A program made the translations under genes and the position numbers. Of a stretch of 64,000 nucleotides of DNA, positions 1-11,212 are shown piece after piece; the first letter of the stretch is position 1; every line of letters starts with the position of its first letter. Source of the stretch: Octopus vulgaris (Eukaryota); the NCBI GenBank assembly GCA_951406725.2, contig OX597822.1, positions 45,694,001-45,758,000 of the forward strand. The letters are read 5' to 3'. Under the pieces are notes generated by a model that had not been told where the DNA came from, ran no database searches, and saw only the letters and a list, made by a program, of their open reading frames with translations.

Positions 1-124
1 TCATCCTTTCAGGGTCGATAAAGTAAGAACCAGCTGCGTATTGGGATCAGTGTAATCGACTTACACCCTCCCTCAGAATTTCAGGGTTAGGGTCCATAGA
101 AGAAAGGAATATTATTACTTATAA

Positions 125-440
125 GGTAGAGAGCTGGCAGAAACATTAGTAGTCGTAAGTAAACACACACCTGGTGTTTAGGGTTAGGGGTTAGGATTAA
201 GATTTTTGTTACGCCGAAAACGGGTGGTGTACATATGCTTTACCTCTGTTCATTAGCATGCCGGACAAAATATTTAACAGCATTTTGTTTGTCTTTATGT
301 TCAGAGTTCATATTCAGCGGTGCTCGTCTTTATCTTTGTGACTTGGGGTCAATAAAATAAATACCAGCATAGCACCGAGATCGATGCAATCAACTTTCTC
401 TTCCCCCGAAATCGCTGGTCTTGGGCCAAAATTTACAACC
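125..440 (+). mobile_element. tRNA-derived SINE, family A (GAGCTGGCAGAA...GGGGTCGATAAA...AGTACCAG), interrupted by a 101-bp insert
   Basis: Similar to copies at 1-115, 2270-2455(-), 17572-17960(+), 31075-31292(-) and 59415-59640(-). Confidence 0.75.
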
Positions 441-2269
441 ATTATTATTTATGTTCTTTGGAGAAACAGAGGCCACTGCAGTTGTGTCAGAGGTAGAAAG
501 GGTAAACAGTGATTCAAAGCCAGTTGCTGTATGTAATACGTTGGCGAAGGAGTTACCGCTAATCAGTCATATAGCATTCTTTCTCACTCAGTCAAATAAA
601 CAGTTCTGACACATCAACCATTACAAATTTCACTGATCAATTAATTAGCAGCTGTTCACATGAGAATGTGCCTTAACGCGGTCACACTACTTTGCTAGAA
701 ATAACAGACAACTCTTTAAATTACACACTGTTAAAAAAAAATGGAAACACTAGCTAATGTAGTCCCAGGTACATTGTCTGGAAAAAGACGGAATAATCAA
801 GGTTGGGATGTATTTGAGTCAAGATATGCTGGAACACGCTTCCGTCTTAACAAAAACAGGGGAAGGAAAAGACCGAATCTAATCCTGGGCATCATATCTG
901 AGGAAAAAAGTGGGATGGCTGCAACTAGAACATATATGGGGTCTGTTGGATAATGAATGAACTGGAGGCAGGGGAAAGATAAATAAGAACAAAGGCAAGA
1001 ACCACAGGGGGTGATTGTCAAATGATTCGATAGGCTCAAATTAAAAAGAAACATAAGGAACAGCAACAAAGGAGTCGCTATGCAGTACTTGGCCGGTGGT
1101 AGAAATAGCAGACAAGTCACATCCTGCCATCTTTAAAAAAGGAAACAAAGGGAATGATATAGTAGAGAGTGCGACTATAGATATACACAAAAACAGGGTG
1201 GTCACAACTGGAACGTCTTTGACTATAGGTGTGTGCTCAAGCGGGAGTGAGCAGGAGTTAAATACCGGTACAAAACAAAACACATCACAGTGACTTGCAC
1301 TTCTGAAATGATGGAACTGATGTCCCTCTTTTAGCGTAGAAAAACAAACCGTGATAATATAAAAAACACTGTTGTTTTTATATTTTCAAAGACAACCGTC
1401 CCTGCACAATGCGTGCATATACATATGTGTCTCTGTTTATCGCCAGAGTATTTGCTATTATTGTAATATTAACCAGATGTTTCTTACCTGTTCAGACATT
1501 TTCGTCATGTTTCTGGTGAATGGAATTCTGGGAAATATCTTTAGCTTCCGTCTTCCGAAGACAAACAGAAAAAGTTATGAGAAGGAGAATCTACGGATGG
1601 ATAGAATTGATACAATTTTATACAATATTATAAGGATGGAGATATTTCAGTGGGTGTATATATTTTTATATACGAAATTATGGCGGTAGTTAACAAAAGA
1701 AACCCAGAGTATCCGGCCAAAAATATCTTGGAGTATTGAGTTACTTCCCTTCACGTTATAAGTTCGAATCCCGTCAGAGTCGATTGGTGAACTTTCAGAA
1801 TAGCTATCATGATTAAGATTAATCTTTTTTATTTTATTTTGCAGCGTGGAAGGTGTTTATAAACCATGTAAGAAACACAAAATCCATTTGATTTTTTTTC
1901 TTTGGGATTTTTTTGTGTTATTGTTATTTCTTCTTAGTATTTTTCGTTATTTTCTAGTGTCCTACATACTGAAACACTTGTAATTCGCATTCAGAAATTA
2001 AAAATATTTCTTTCGAAAATCCATATTTATCACATTTTTAACCCGCTTCCTCCCCCACGTCTTCCGAATAGTTGTAACAATTCGTCGACATCGCCTTTGC
2101 CTTTTTCATCTTTTGGAGTCGGTAAAAATTAAGTACCAGTTGATTATCGGAATTCATATAATTGACTAACCTCTCCCCGAAAATTACCAATCTTCCACCA
2201 AAATTAAATTTTTTTTTTTTTTTTTCGTTGTTTTACGTAATTTTATAAAATCTTTTCCACAATAGAAAG

Positions 2270-2455
2270 TTTGAGAGATGGAGCTAGTCCATTACATCGA
2301 CTCAAATGCTCAACTGGTACTTAATTCTTCAACCCCCGAAGGCATGACAGGCAAAGTCGACCTCGACGGAATTTGGACACAAAACGTAAAGCCGGACGAA
2401 ATGTTACTTAGCATTTAGTCCGGTACGCTAACGATTCTGTCAATTCCCTGCCTTG
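2270..2455 (-). mobile_element. SINE family A
   Basis: Reverse complement of the GGCAG...TTCCGTCGAGGTCGACTTTGCC...GGGGGTTG...AGTACCAGTT pattern seen in other copies. Confidence 0.75.
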
Positions 2456-2614
2456 CATCATTATATAACATCCCACATTCTGAAATGCTTACCATTCACA
2501 TTAATTTTTTTTTTTTTTTTAATCCATATTTTTTCAAACTTCTTTATCCTAAGCTCTCCTTTCATTGTGCCTTTCAGGTATTTTTCAGTAATGAAGTAAT
2601 GATGTTTGCCATAC

Positions 2615-2910
2615 ACCTGGCGTAATAAGAAGCTTGCTTCCCAACCACACCATTCCTTGTTCAGTCTTAATGCGTGGAACTTTGGACAAGTGTCAAATGC
2701 TATGGCCTTGGATCGACCAAAGACTTGAGAGCGGATTTGCTAAACGGAAACTGAAAGAAGCCCGTCGTGTGTGTGTGTGTGTATTCATGCGTGTGTCTGT
2801 ATCTGTGTCAATCCCCATCATTGCTTGATGACCAGTGCCAGTATGTTTATGCCTTCATAACTTAGCAGTTCGGTAAAAAGGGTCTGATAGAATATGTGCC
2901 AGGCTTTAAC
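2615..2910 (+). mobile_element. SINE family B (tRNA-like head, CORE-like TTGGGCAAGTGTC box, internal (TG)n)
   Basis: Matches the most abundant repeat in the window (GGAAACTGAAAGAAGCCCGTCG, TAACTTAGCAGTTCGG). Confidence 0.75.
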
Positions 2911-2917
2911 CTATTAA

Positions 2918-3221
2918 CCCATAAAGTACTGGGATTTGCACTTACATAACACATTTTATGAAAATTAGACTACCATGCACACGTGAAAAACAAAATATAG
3001 TTAAAATATCTTCTTAGTATATAATGGTGGCAAGTTTTACATCATCTGAAAAGTCATTAGTTAAACTATTAGTCCTCTTACATTCTGGTGGTTATCGGAG
3101 TGTCTGAGTGACATTAGACCCCCAACAAACGCCCATAAATTAAATGCATCTATAAGGGTCACAATCGTGGCCTGTCAACCTGTGCCGATGGCCACGATCG
3201 TGGCCCGTTGCACTTTATGTG
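2918..3221. mobile_element. piggyBac-like MITE
   Basis: TTAA on both sides (2914-2917, 3222-3225); imperfect TIRs CCCATAAAGTAC / GCACTTTATGTG. Confidence 0.65.
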
Positions 3222-3292
3222 TTAACTGTCAAATTTTTTTATTCACATCTTTTGGCTTTGCCAGGTGTCTTAGGAGCTAAAATAGTGTATAG

Positions 3293-4053
3293 GGATCTTT
3301 TCCTTTTGAACGGCAGACAATTTCTAGTTAACGCTTTAAAACTTCGTATACTGGTATAATGTGTCAAAATAAAACATTCTTTTCTCTTGGCTTTCTTGAG
3401 AAAATTGTAATTTGTTTGTTTAACGTAGTTTAATTTTTCGAATTTTAACCAATCCTCTTTTGAGCTAAAATCATTTGCTGCGTGTAAAACTGAGACAACA
3501 TCCTGTAACTAACCCTAAACCTCCCCCTAACCCTAAATTTTTTTTCTTAATTGTTAAATTAATTTAATTGTTACGCCTGTAAAAAAAACTAAAGCAATGG
3601 AAAATAATTTAAACAATTAACAAACAAAATAATTCTATAATTTTATACACACGCTTTCCATACGTATACAGAAAGCGTGTATTACGGAAAGTGTGTGTAT
3701 AAAATTATAGAATTATTTTGTTTGTTAATTGTTTAAATTATTTTCCATTGCTTTAGTTTTTTTTACATGCGTAACAATTAAGAAAAAGAAAATTTAGGGT
3801 TAGGGTTAGTTACAGGATGTTGTCTCAGTTTTAGATGCTGCAAATGATTTTAGTTCAATGGAGGTAATCGATTGGTTAAAATTGCTGAAATGCTCGGATT
3901 TTCAGACAAAATATCTTACAAACTATAGAATTTTCTCAATAAAACCAAGAGAAAATGATGTTTTATAAACACATTCTACCAGTATACAAAGTTTAAAACT
4001 TTTTAGTTACCTAGAAATTATGTTACAAACTGCCGTTCAAAAGAAGAAGATCC
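3293..4053. mobile_element. Foldback non-autonomous DNA transposon (Merlin-like) with internal telomere-like repeats
   Basis: Termini GGATCT...AGATCC; exact 8-bp TSD GTGTATAG (3285-3292, 4054-4061); nearly the whole element is an inverted repeat centred near 3670; TAACCCTAA / TTAGGGTTAGGG in the arms. Confidence 0.8.
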
Positions 4054-4830
4054 GTGTATAGTATTTAAATTTTCTTCATATGTGAATTGTTTTGGAAATT
4101 CTGATAAATTTTTCAGCTAAGTCCCAAATGGGGATCACTGAAATAAAGTATATTTATCCTTATCTATTCAAGTGCAATAATAAACATTTTAGTTTTTTGG
4201 GGGTTTTTTTGAAACTATAGTATCAAATGCGAATATGAAATATCAATGAATAATATAAATGGGAAATGCAAAAACAAAAAAAAAAAGTTTTCAGAACAGT
4301 CAGTATTTTTGTAGTTCACAATTTGCAATTTGACATAAAATGCCCTCTAGAATTAGCCAGAGCTGATAATAAACTTTAACTTCTAAATATTGTTACACAC
4401 ACCTCTGCAAATGCATTGTATTGGGTTGGTGTATAATTATTGCAGGGTTTTTATTTTTTTCAACAAATTTTATTCAGCAAAAACAATAACAATATTTAAC
4501 AAAAACAGCTTTAAATGACGGTAAAATAAGTGAATTTATTAAGCTGCTCTTTCAGCAAAGTGACTATCTTTTTCTTTGGTGCAGGCGGTGGTAGTGGTGG
4601 TGGGGCTATGTTGTTGTCCGTGACTCAAAATATCTTAATGGGAGGAAAATAAACAACACTGCATTAAGTTGTTCAAGTTAGCCTTCCATACAATCACACC
4701 AGCGAAATCAGGTACAGCTTAATAAATCCTTTGTTGTTCTCTTAATAAATTGATTTAATCTTTATGTATTATAGAAAAAGTTTTTTGCATAGAGGAGCAG
4801 GTTCCAGCTTCAGTTTCATTGCATGATATA

Positions 4831-7800
4831 TGATGCGAATAGTCTTATGATTTGCAACACTAACTTCAGGAAACCGACAAGCCACCTGGTCACCTACCGA
4901 TCGGGACGGCATACTAGCCAAATCGACTACATCCTTGCCAATAAAAGGGAAAGATGGCTGCTTATAAATGCCAAAACCTTCCCAGGCGAAGAATGTACCC
5001 CACAACATAGACTAGTAGTTAGTGACTTTAGGATCAGGACTAAGAGGACGACTAGAAGACGACCAACATGGAGAAGAAGGGTCTGGAAGCTTAAAGATCC
5101 AGCGAATGGACAGAGATTTAGAGACATGTTACTTGAAGCCTTTGACGAAATAGAAGGGGGTATAGCTACACATGGGGTAGAAGACAACTGGACGCTTCTA
5201 AGGGACAACCTGCTGAAAGCCACTGACCAGATCTGTGGCTGCTGCAAAGTCCCCTCAAGACCCAAAATAACGTGGTGGTGGAACAATATTGTTGACAGGG
5301 CTATTAGACAAAAGAAACAGGCTTGGAAGAACGGTGGTAGCAGGGAAGTGTATCAGACTGCCAGAAGGGAAGCTACGAGGCAGGTGTATTTAGCCAGAGG
5401 GGAAGCAGATAGGAAAAAATTTGCCAATGTTCTGCATTGTATTTCGTGTTGCAAGACAATGTGTGAGAGAGAATTGTGACGTGGTAGGAGAGAAATGTGT
5501 TCGCAAGGATGATGGTTCACTTGCACTAAATGAGGATGCAAAGAGAGAGGTTTGGAGACGCCACTATGAAAGGTTGCTGAATGAGGAAAATGAATGGGAT
5601 AAAGAGAGTCTGCCGAATGTTGACCCAACAGAGGGACCAGCAATCCGAGTTGACAGTTCCTTAGTAGTTAAGGCAATTACAAGCATGAAGACAGGGAAAG
5701 CCCCAGGCCCATCAGGAATTACTGCAGAGATGCTCAAAATATCTGGTAGTGTAGGTTATAGCCTAGTCACCCGTATAGTTAACCAGGTGATACACGAAGG
5801 AGTCATTCCCAATGACTGGTGTAGCAGCATAATAGTCAAGGTAAAGGTGACGCCCTAGATACAAATAACTACAGGGGTATCAAGCTGCTGGATCAGGTAA
5901 TGAAGGTTACGGAGAGGGTTATAGCCCAACTAATTAGAGAGAGAGTTAGTTTAGATGAGATGCAGTTTGGTTTCGTGCCAGGGAAAAGTACTACTGATGC
6001 TATATTTCTGGTAAGACAGCTGCAGGAGAAATACCTAGCCAAAGATAAGCCCCTGTACCTGGCTTTTGTTGACATGGAGAAAGCCTTCGACAGGGTCCCC
6101 CGATCCCTTATCTGGTGGTCAATGAGGAAACTAGGGATAGATGAATGGTTAGTGAGAGCTGTGCGAGCCATGTACAGAGATGCTGCTAGTAAGGTGAGGG
6201 TTGGCAACGAGTACAGTGAAGAATTCCGGGTAGAGGTTGGGGTCCACCAAGGTTCAATCCTCAGTCCCCTTCTATTTATCATAGTCCTCCAGGCAATAAC
6301 GGAGGAATTCAAGACAGGATGCCCCTGGGAGCTCCTCTATGCTGATGACCTTGCTCTAATTGCTGAGTCACTATCAGAACTGGAGGAGAAGTTTCAGGTG
6401 TGGAAGCAAGGATTAGAATCGAAGGGCCTTAGAATCAACCTAGCCAAAACCAAAGTCCTAATAAGTAGGAAGGTAGACCAATCACAAACGCCTTCAGGTT
6501 GATGGCCCTGCTCGATCTGTAAAAAAAGGTGTAGGTAGAAACTCTATAAGGTGCACCAAGTGTAAGCTATGGACACATAAGAGGTGCAGCAATGTCAAAG
6601 GAAGGCTAACTAGGAAAATAGTTTTTGTCTGTGGCAGATGCTCAGGAGCAATAAACACTGAAAATGTGCAGAGACCAACTTCTACCACGTTCCAGGGAGA
6701 AAAACTAGAAGTAGTTGATAGCTTCCGCTACCTACGTGACCAAGTCAGTAGCGGGGGTGGGTGTGCTGAAAGTGTAACTGCTAGAGTAAGAATAGCCTGG
6801 GCAAAGTTCAGAGAGCTCTTACCCCTGCTGGTGACAAAAGGCCTCTCGCTCAGAGTAAAAGACAGACTGTATGATGCATGTGTACGAACAGCCATGCTAC
6901 ATGGTAGTGAAACATGGGCTGTGACTGCTGAGGATATGCGTAGGCTCGCAAGAAATGAAGCCAGTATGCTCCGATGGATGTGTAATGTCAGTGTTCATAA
7001 TCGACAGAGTGTAAGTACCTTGAGAGAAAAGTTGGACCTAAGAAGCATCAGTTGTGGTGTGCAAGAGAGATGTTTGCGCTGGTATGGTCATGTGACGAGA
7101 ATGGCTGAAGATAGTTGTGAGCAAAAGTGCCACACTCTTGCAGTTGAGGGAACCTGTGGAAGAGGTAGACCCAGGAAAACCTGGGATGAGGTGGTGAAGC
7201 ACGACCTTCAAATTTTAGGTCTCACCAAGGAAATGACTAGAGACCGAGACCTATGGAAGTATGCTGTGCGTGAGAAGACCCGGCAAGACTAGTGAGACCA
7301 TAACCTGTGGCCTCTACCTGGTATGTAGCCAGTCGACTTATACATACCTTTCCTTCTTGGGACACAAAACTCCACTTGTGAAGACCCGTTGAGGCAAGTG
7401 AAAATCAAAATCAAAATCAAAATCAAACCAAATGAAATCAGATATCAGAAAGCAGAACCAAAATCGAAGTCGATCAACATCAATGGAAATTGCAGCTGTG
7501 ATACCAGTGCCGGTGACAAGTAAGCGAACCATCCGATCATGGCCGTTGCCAGCGCCACCCCAACTGGCCTCCATGCCAGTGGCACGTAAAAAGCACCATC
7601 CATTCGTGGCCGTTGCCAGCCACGCCTGGCCCTCGTGCCGGTGGCACGTAAAAAGCACCATTCGATCGTGGCCATTGCCAGCCTCGCCTGGCCCCCATGC
7701 CAGTGGCACGTAAAAAGCACCATCCGTCCATGGCCATTTGCCAGTTCCGTCTGGCACCTGTGCGGGTGGCACATAAAAAGCACCCACTACACTCACGGAG

Positions 7801-7940
7801 TGGTTGGTGTTAGGAAGGGCATCCAGCCGTAGAAACACTGTCAGATCAGACGGGGCCTGATGCAGCCTTCTGGCTTCACAGACCCCAGTTGAACCGTCCA
7901 ACCCATGCTAGCATGGAAAGCGGACGCTAAATGATGATGA
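4831..7940 (+). mobile_element. RTE-clade non-LTR retrotransposon, 5'-truncated and disrupted (APE C-terminus, RT, 3' UTR with tandem repeats, (GAT)n tail)
   Basis: Translations contain SQIDYIL and QHRLVVSD (APE), GKAPGPSG, FVDMEKAFDRV, GVHQGSILSPLLF, YADD (6338-6349), LRWYGHV and GRGRPRKTW; several frameshifts and a stop at 6500. Confidence 0.95.
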
Positions 7941-9083
7941 TATATATATACATAGATATATAGATAGATAGAGAGAGAGAGTATATATTCACACACACAC
8001 ACATATATATTTAGAATAATTAAGTAGTCAGAATGCTGGATGATTATATATATATTTTTTTTATTTACATTTCATTTTAATTTTTAGCGCTTTCTTCCAT
8101 TATTGGATTTATCAAAAAGGAATTTTCTTGGGTTTGCCAAGCAAGGGAGAAGAAAGAAGAAAAAATGTTTTTTGAGAAGAGGTGTGGCTTTTGTATGGTC
8201 AGGCTAGTACTTAGTGGCCTTTTAAGGTGGGGAGGAAAAAGAATTTTTGTATTTGAATTGGTCAAGGTTTTAATAGAAAAACCAGATATGGTTTCTGACT
8301 TTCTTCAGTAAAAATTATAATTGCATTTCCAGGTCTTGCTATTTTGTGTTCATTAAAGAATAGTAGTATAGATATGGTCAACACATTCAACAAGAGAAGC
8401 TATGGAAAATTCCACTGAGCAAACATTTGGAAATATGTGGAGAAGGAAAATTCAAAATCTTCCCCTTCTACAGATGCTCAAGAAATGACCCAAACTTCCA
8501 AAAAACAATGAAGCTACACTTCATAAAGAAGTTCACACCAAAATTAAATACTTGAAAAACGGAAATATTTCAAAATATGTGAAGGAAAATTCAAAGTTTC
8601 GAAAGATAATGAAACTTCACAAAAAAAAATTCCTTAACAAATATTAACATAAATATATATAAGACGGGCTTCTTTCAGTTTCCATCTACCAAATCTACTC
8701 ATAAGTTTTGGTCGGCCCAAGGTTATAGTAGAATACACTTATCCAAAGTGCCATGCAGCAGGACTGAACCCAGAACAATGTGGTGAGGAAGCAAGCTTCT
8801 TACCACAAAGCCACTCCTGTGCTTAAACATTTTTTCAAACAAAAACAGTACTGGAGTCGATTCATTGAACTAAAATTCTTCAAAGTGGTGCTGCAGTATG
8901 GCCACAGCCCAGTAACTGAAACAAGCATAAAATAGAAGATAAAACATACAATGCTACTTTTCAACATCTTTTATACCTCGTCACCCCTCTCCTCGATACA
9001 AATTTGTTTACTTTTTATGTTGTATAGAAAAATAATTTTTAGAAAACCTTTTTTAAACAAATAAATAAAAGAAAAACTTTCAT

Positions 9084-9447
9084 TACCATATTTCTGTTGA
9101 GATGTTCTGTGTTTCTTTCAATTAATTGTAAATATAACAAAGAATTTAGTAAAATAACTTAGTTACCATTCAGGTAGTGTTAGGAACATAAAGTGTGACT
9201 AAGGTTTGGTGGAAGATTTTAATTCAAAACTTATGAAAACAAGACATTTGTACTACAAAGCCAGAGGAGGTTTCAGCTGGGTTGGTATCAAAAGGGTTAA
9301 ATTAATCATTGTTAACCCTTTTGTTTCCATATTTCTGTTGAGATGCTCTGTGTTTCTATTAAGTAATTTTAAATATAACAAAGAATTTTGTAAAATAACT
9401 TAGTTATCATTAAGATAGTGTTAGGAACATAAATTGTGACTAAGGTT
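9084..9447. mobile_element. Two abutting partial piggyBac-like MITE copies (repeated at ~13614-13977)
   Basis: Right end TGGTATCAAAAGGG-TTAA at ~9283-9300 and left end TTAA-CCCTTTTGTTTCCA at ~9312; about 120 bp shared between the two copies. Confidence 0.6.
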
Positions 9448-9599
9448 CCCAACAAGATAACTAATTCTTTATGGGGTTGTGAACTGACAGAATTGTCAGT
9501 TTTGGGAAAAAAAATAGTGTGCATTATTTTTCTGGTTTTTTTTTTTTTGTTCTGAGTTCAAATTCTGACATTCATCGTTTTGAGGTGAATAAAATAATA

Positions 9600-9800
9600 G
9601 TGGCCTAGTTCCTTTCAAGTGTTGGGCCTCACGAAGACAGTGGCTGAGTTCCTTTCGAGTGTTGGGCCTAATGAAAACAAAGTGGCTGAGTTCCTTTTGA
9701 GTGTTGGGCCTAACAAAGGCAAAGTGGATGAGTTCCTTTCAAGCATTGAGCCTTACAGAGGTAAAGTGGTTGAGTTCCTTTCAAGTGTTGGGCCTCAGAG
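9600..9800 (+). repeat. ~42-bp tandem repeat, 5 units, at the head of an RTE-tail element (repeated at ~14127-14327)
   Basis: Unit GTGGCTGAGTTCCTTTCAAGTGTTGGGCCT plus ~12 variable nt; continues into an RTE-type 3' end with a (GAT)n tail at ~10090. Confidence 0.8.
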
Positions 9801-10967
9801 AGGCAATGACCAAGACCTTTGGTATTATGTCGTGCTTAAGAAGACCCATTAAACTATGCAAAATCACAGTCATGATAGATACCGGTGTCACACAAATGGC
9901 ACCTGTGCCAGTGGCATGTAAAAGCACTTATTTCACTCTTGGAGTGGTTGGCGTCAGGAAGGTCATTCAGCTGTAGAAAACCATGTCAAATTGGACTGGA
10001 GCCTGGTGTAGCCTTCCAGCTTACTAGTCCTGGTCAAACCATCTAACCCATGCCAGCATGAGCAACAGACGTTAAATGATGATGATGATGACCCAGCATG
10101 GCAGTCTGGCAATAAGTTTGCTTCCCAACCACATGGTTCCATGTTCAGTCCCACTGTGTGGCACCTTGGGCATGTGTCTTCTACTATTGCCTTGGGCCGA
10201 CTGAAGCCGTGTGAGTGGATTTGGGAGATAGAAACTGGAAGAAGCTTGTCATGTGTGTGTGCGCACGCATGCGTGTGTGTGTGTGTGAGTATGTCTTTGT
10301 GTCTGTCATCCACCATCACTTGACAACCATTGCAGATGTGTTTACATCCCCATAACTAAACAGTTCAACAAAAAGAGAAAAAGTACCAATCTTTGAAAAA
10401 AAATGTAGCTAATGCCAGTGCTGCCTGACTGGCACCTGTGCCAGTGACACATAAAATGCACCATTCAAGTGTGGCTGATGCTAGTGCCACCTGACTGGCA
10501 CCGATGCTGGTGGCACATAAAATGCACCATTCGAGTGTGGTTGATGCCAGTGCTGCCTGACTGACTCCTGTGTTGATAGCACATAATAAGCACCATTCAA
10601 ACTTGTCTGATACTAGTGCCACCTGACTAGCTTCTGTGCCAGTGGCATGTAAAAAGCACCATTCAATCATCGCCGATGCGAGTGTCACCTAACATGTTTT
10701 TATGCCGGTGACTCATAAAGAGCACCCACTATACTCCCAGAGTGGTTGGCATTAGGAAGGGCATCCAGCTGTAGAAACTTTGCCAAATCAGATTGAAGCC
10801 TGGTGCAGCCTCCCAGCTTGCCAGTTCTTAGTGAAACCATCTAACACATGCCAGCATGAAACGCGGACATTAAACAACAACTTTCTCTTTAAATACCAGC
10901 TGAGCACTGGAATCAATGTAATCGACTAGCCCAACACCCCTTATGTCTACGATAGAAAGGATTATTA

Positions 10968-11212
10968 TTAGGTTGGTGCATAATTATTGGGGCTGTTTTT
11001 CAATAAATTTTAGTCAGCAAAAACAATAACAATATATAACAAAAACATCTTTAAATGACGGTCTGATCCTCTGCCAAGCAAATGGGAAGCAGTAATTGAA
11101 GTAGATGGTGAATATGCTCCGGAATAATCATTGAAAGATGTTTTTGTTAAATGTTGTTATCGTTATTGTTGAATAAGATTTATTGAAGAAAAGCCGCAGT
11201 AATTATGCACCA
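10968..11212 (+). mobile_element. mariner-derived MITE (repeated at 15494-15738; partial copy at ~4420-4520)
   Basis: TIR TTAGGTTGGTGCATAATTA / TAATTATGCACCA; internal remnant LPSKWEAVIEVDGEY resembles a mariner transposase C-terminus. Confidence 0.75.

Noticed and set aside
797-1689. Short ORFs of 65-107 aa as host exons
   Set aside because: No recognisable motifs; may be an old repeat that I could not classify.
7338-7901. Overlapping 60-190-aa ORFs on both strands (also 11870-12432, 16396-16947, 55666-56286)
   Set aside because: By-products of GC-rich tandem units in the RTE 3' UTR; no recognisable domains.
9600-9800. CRISPR-like repeat-spacer appearance
   Set aside because: The variable parts are only ~12 nt and related to one another, there are no cas genes, the context is eukaryotic, and the array is part of an RTE-tail element.
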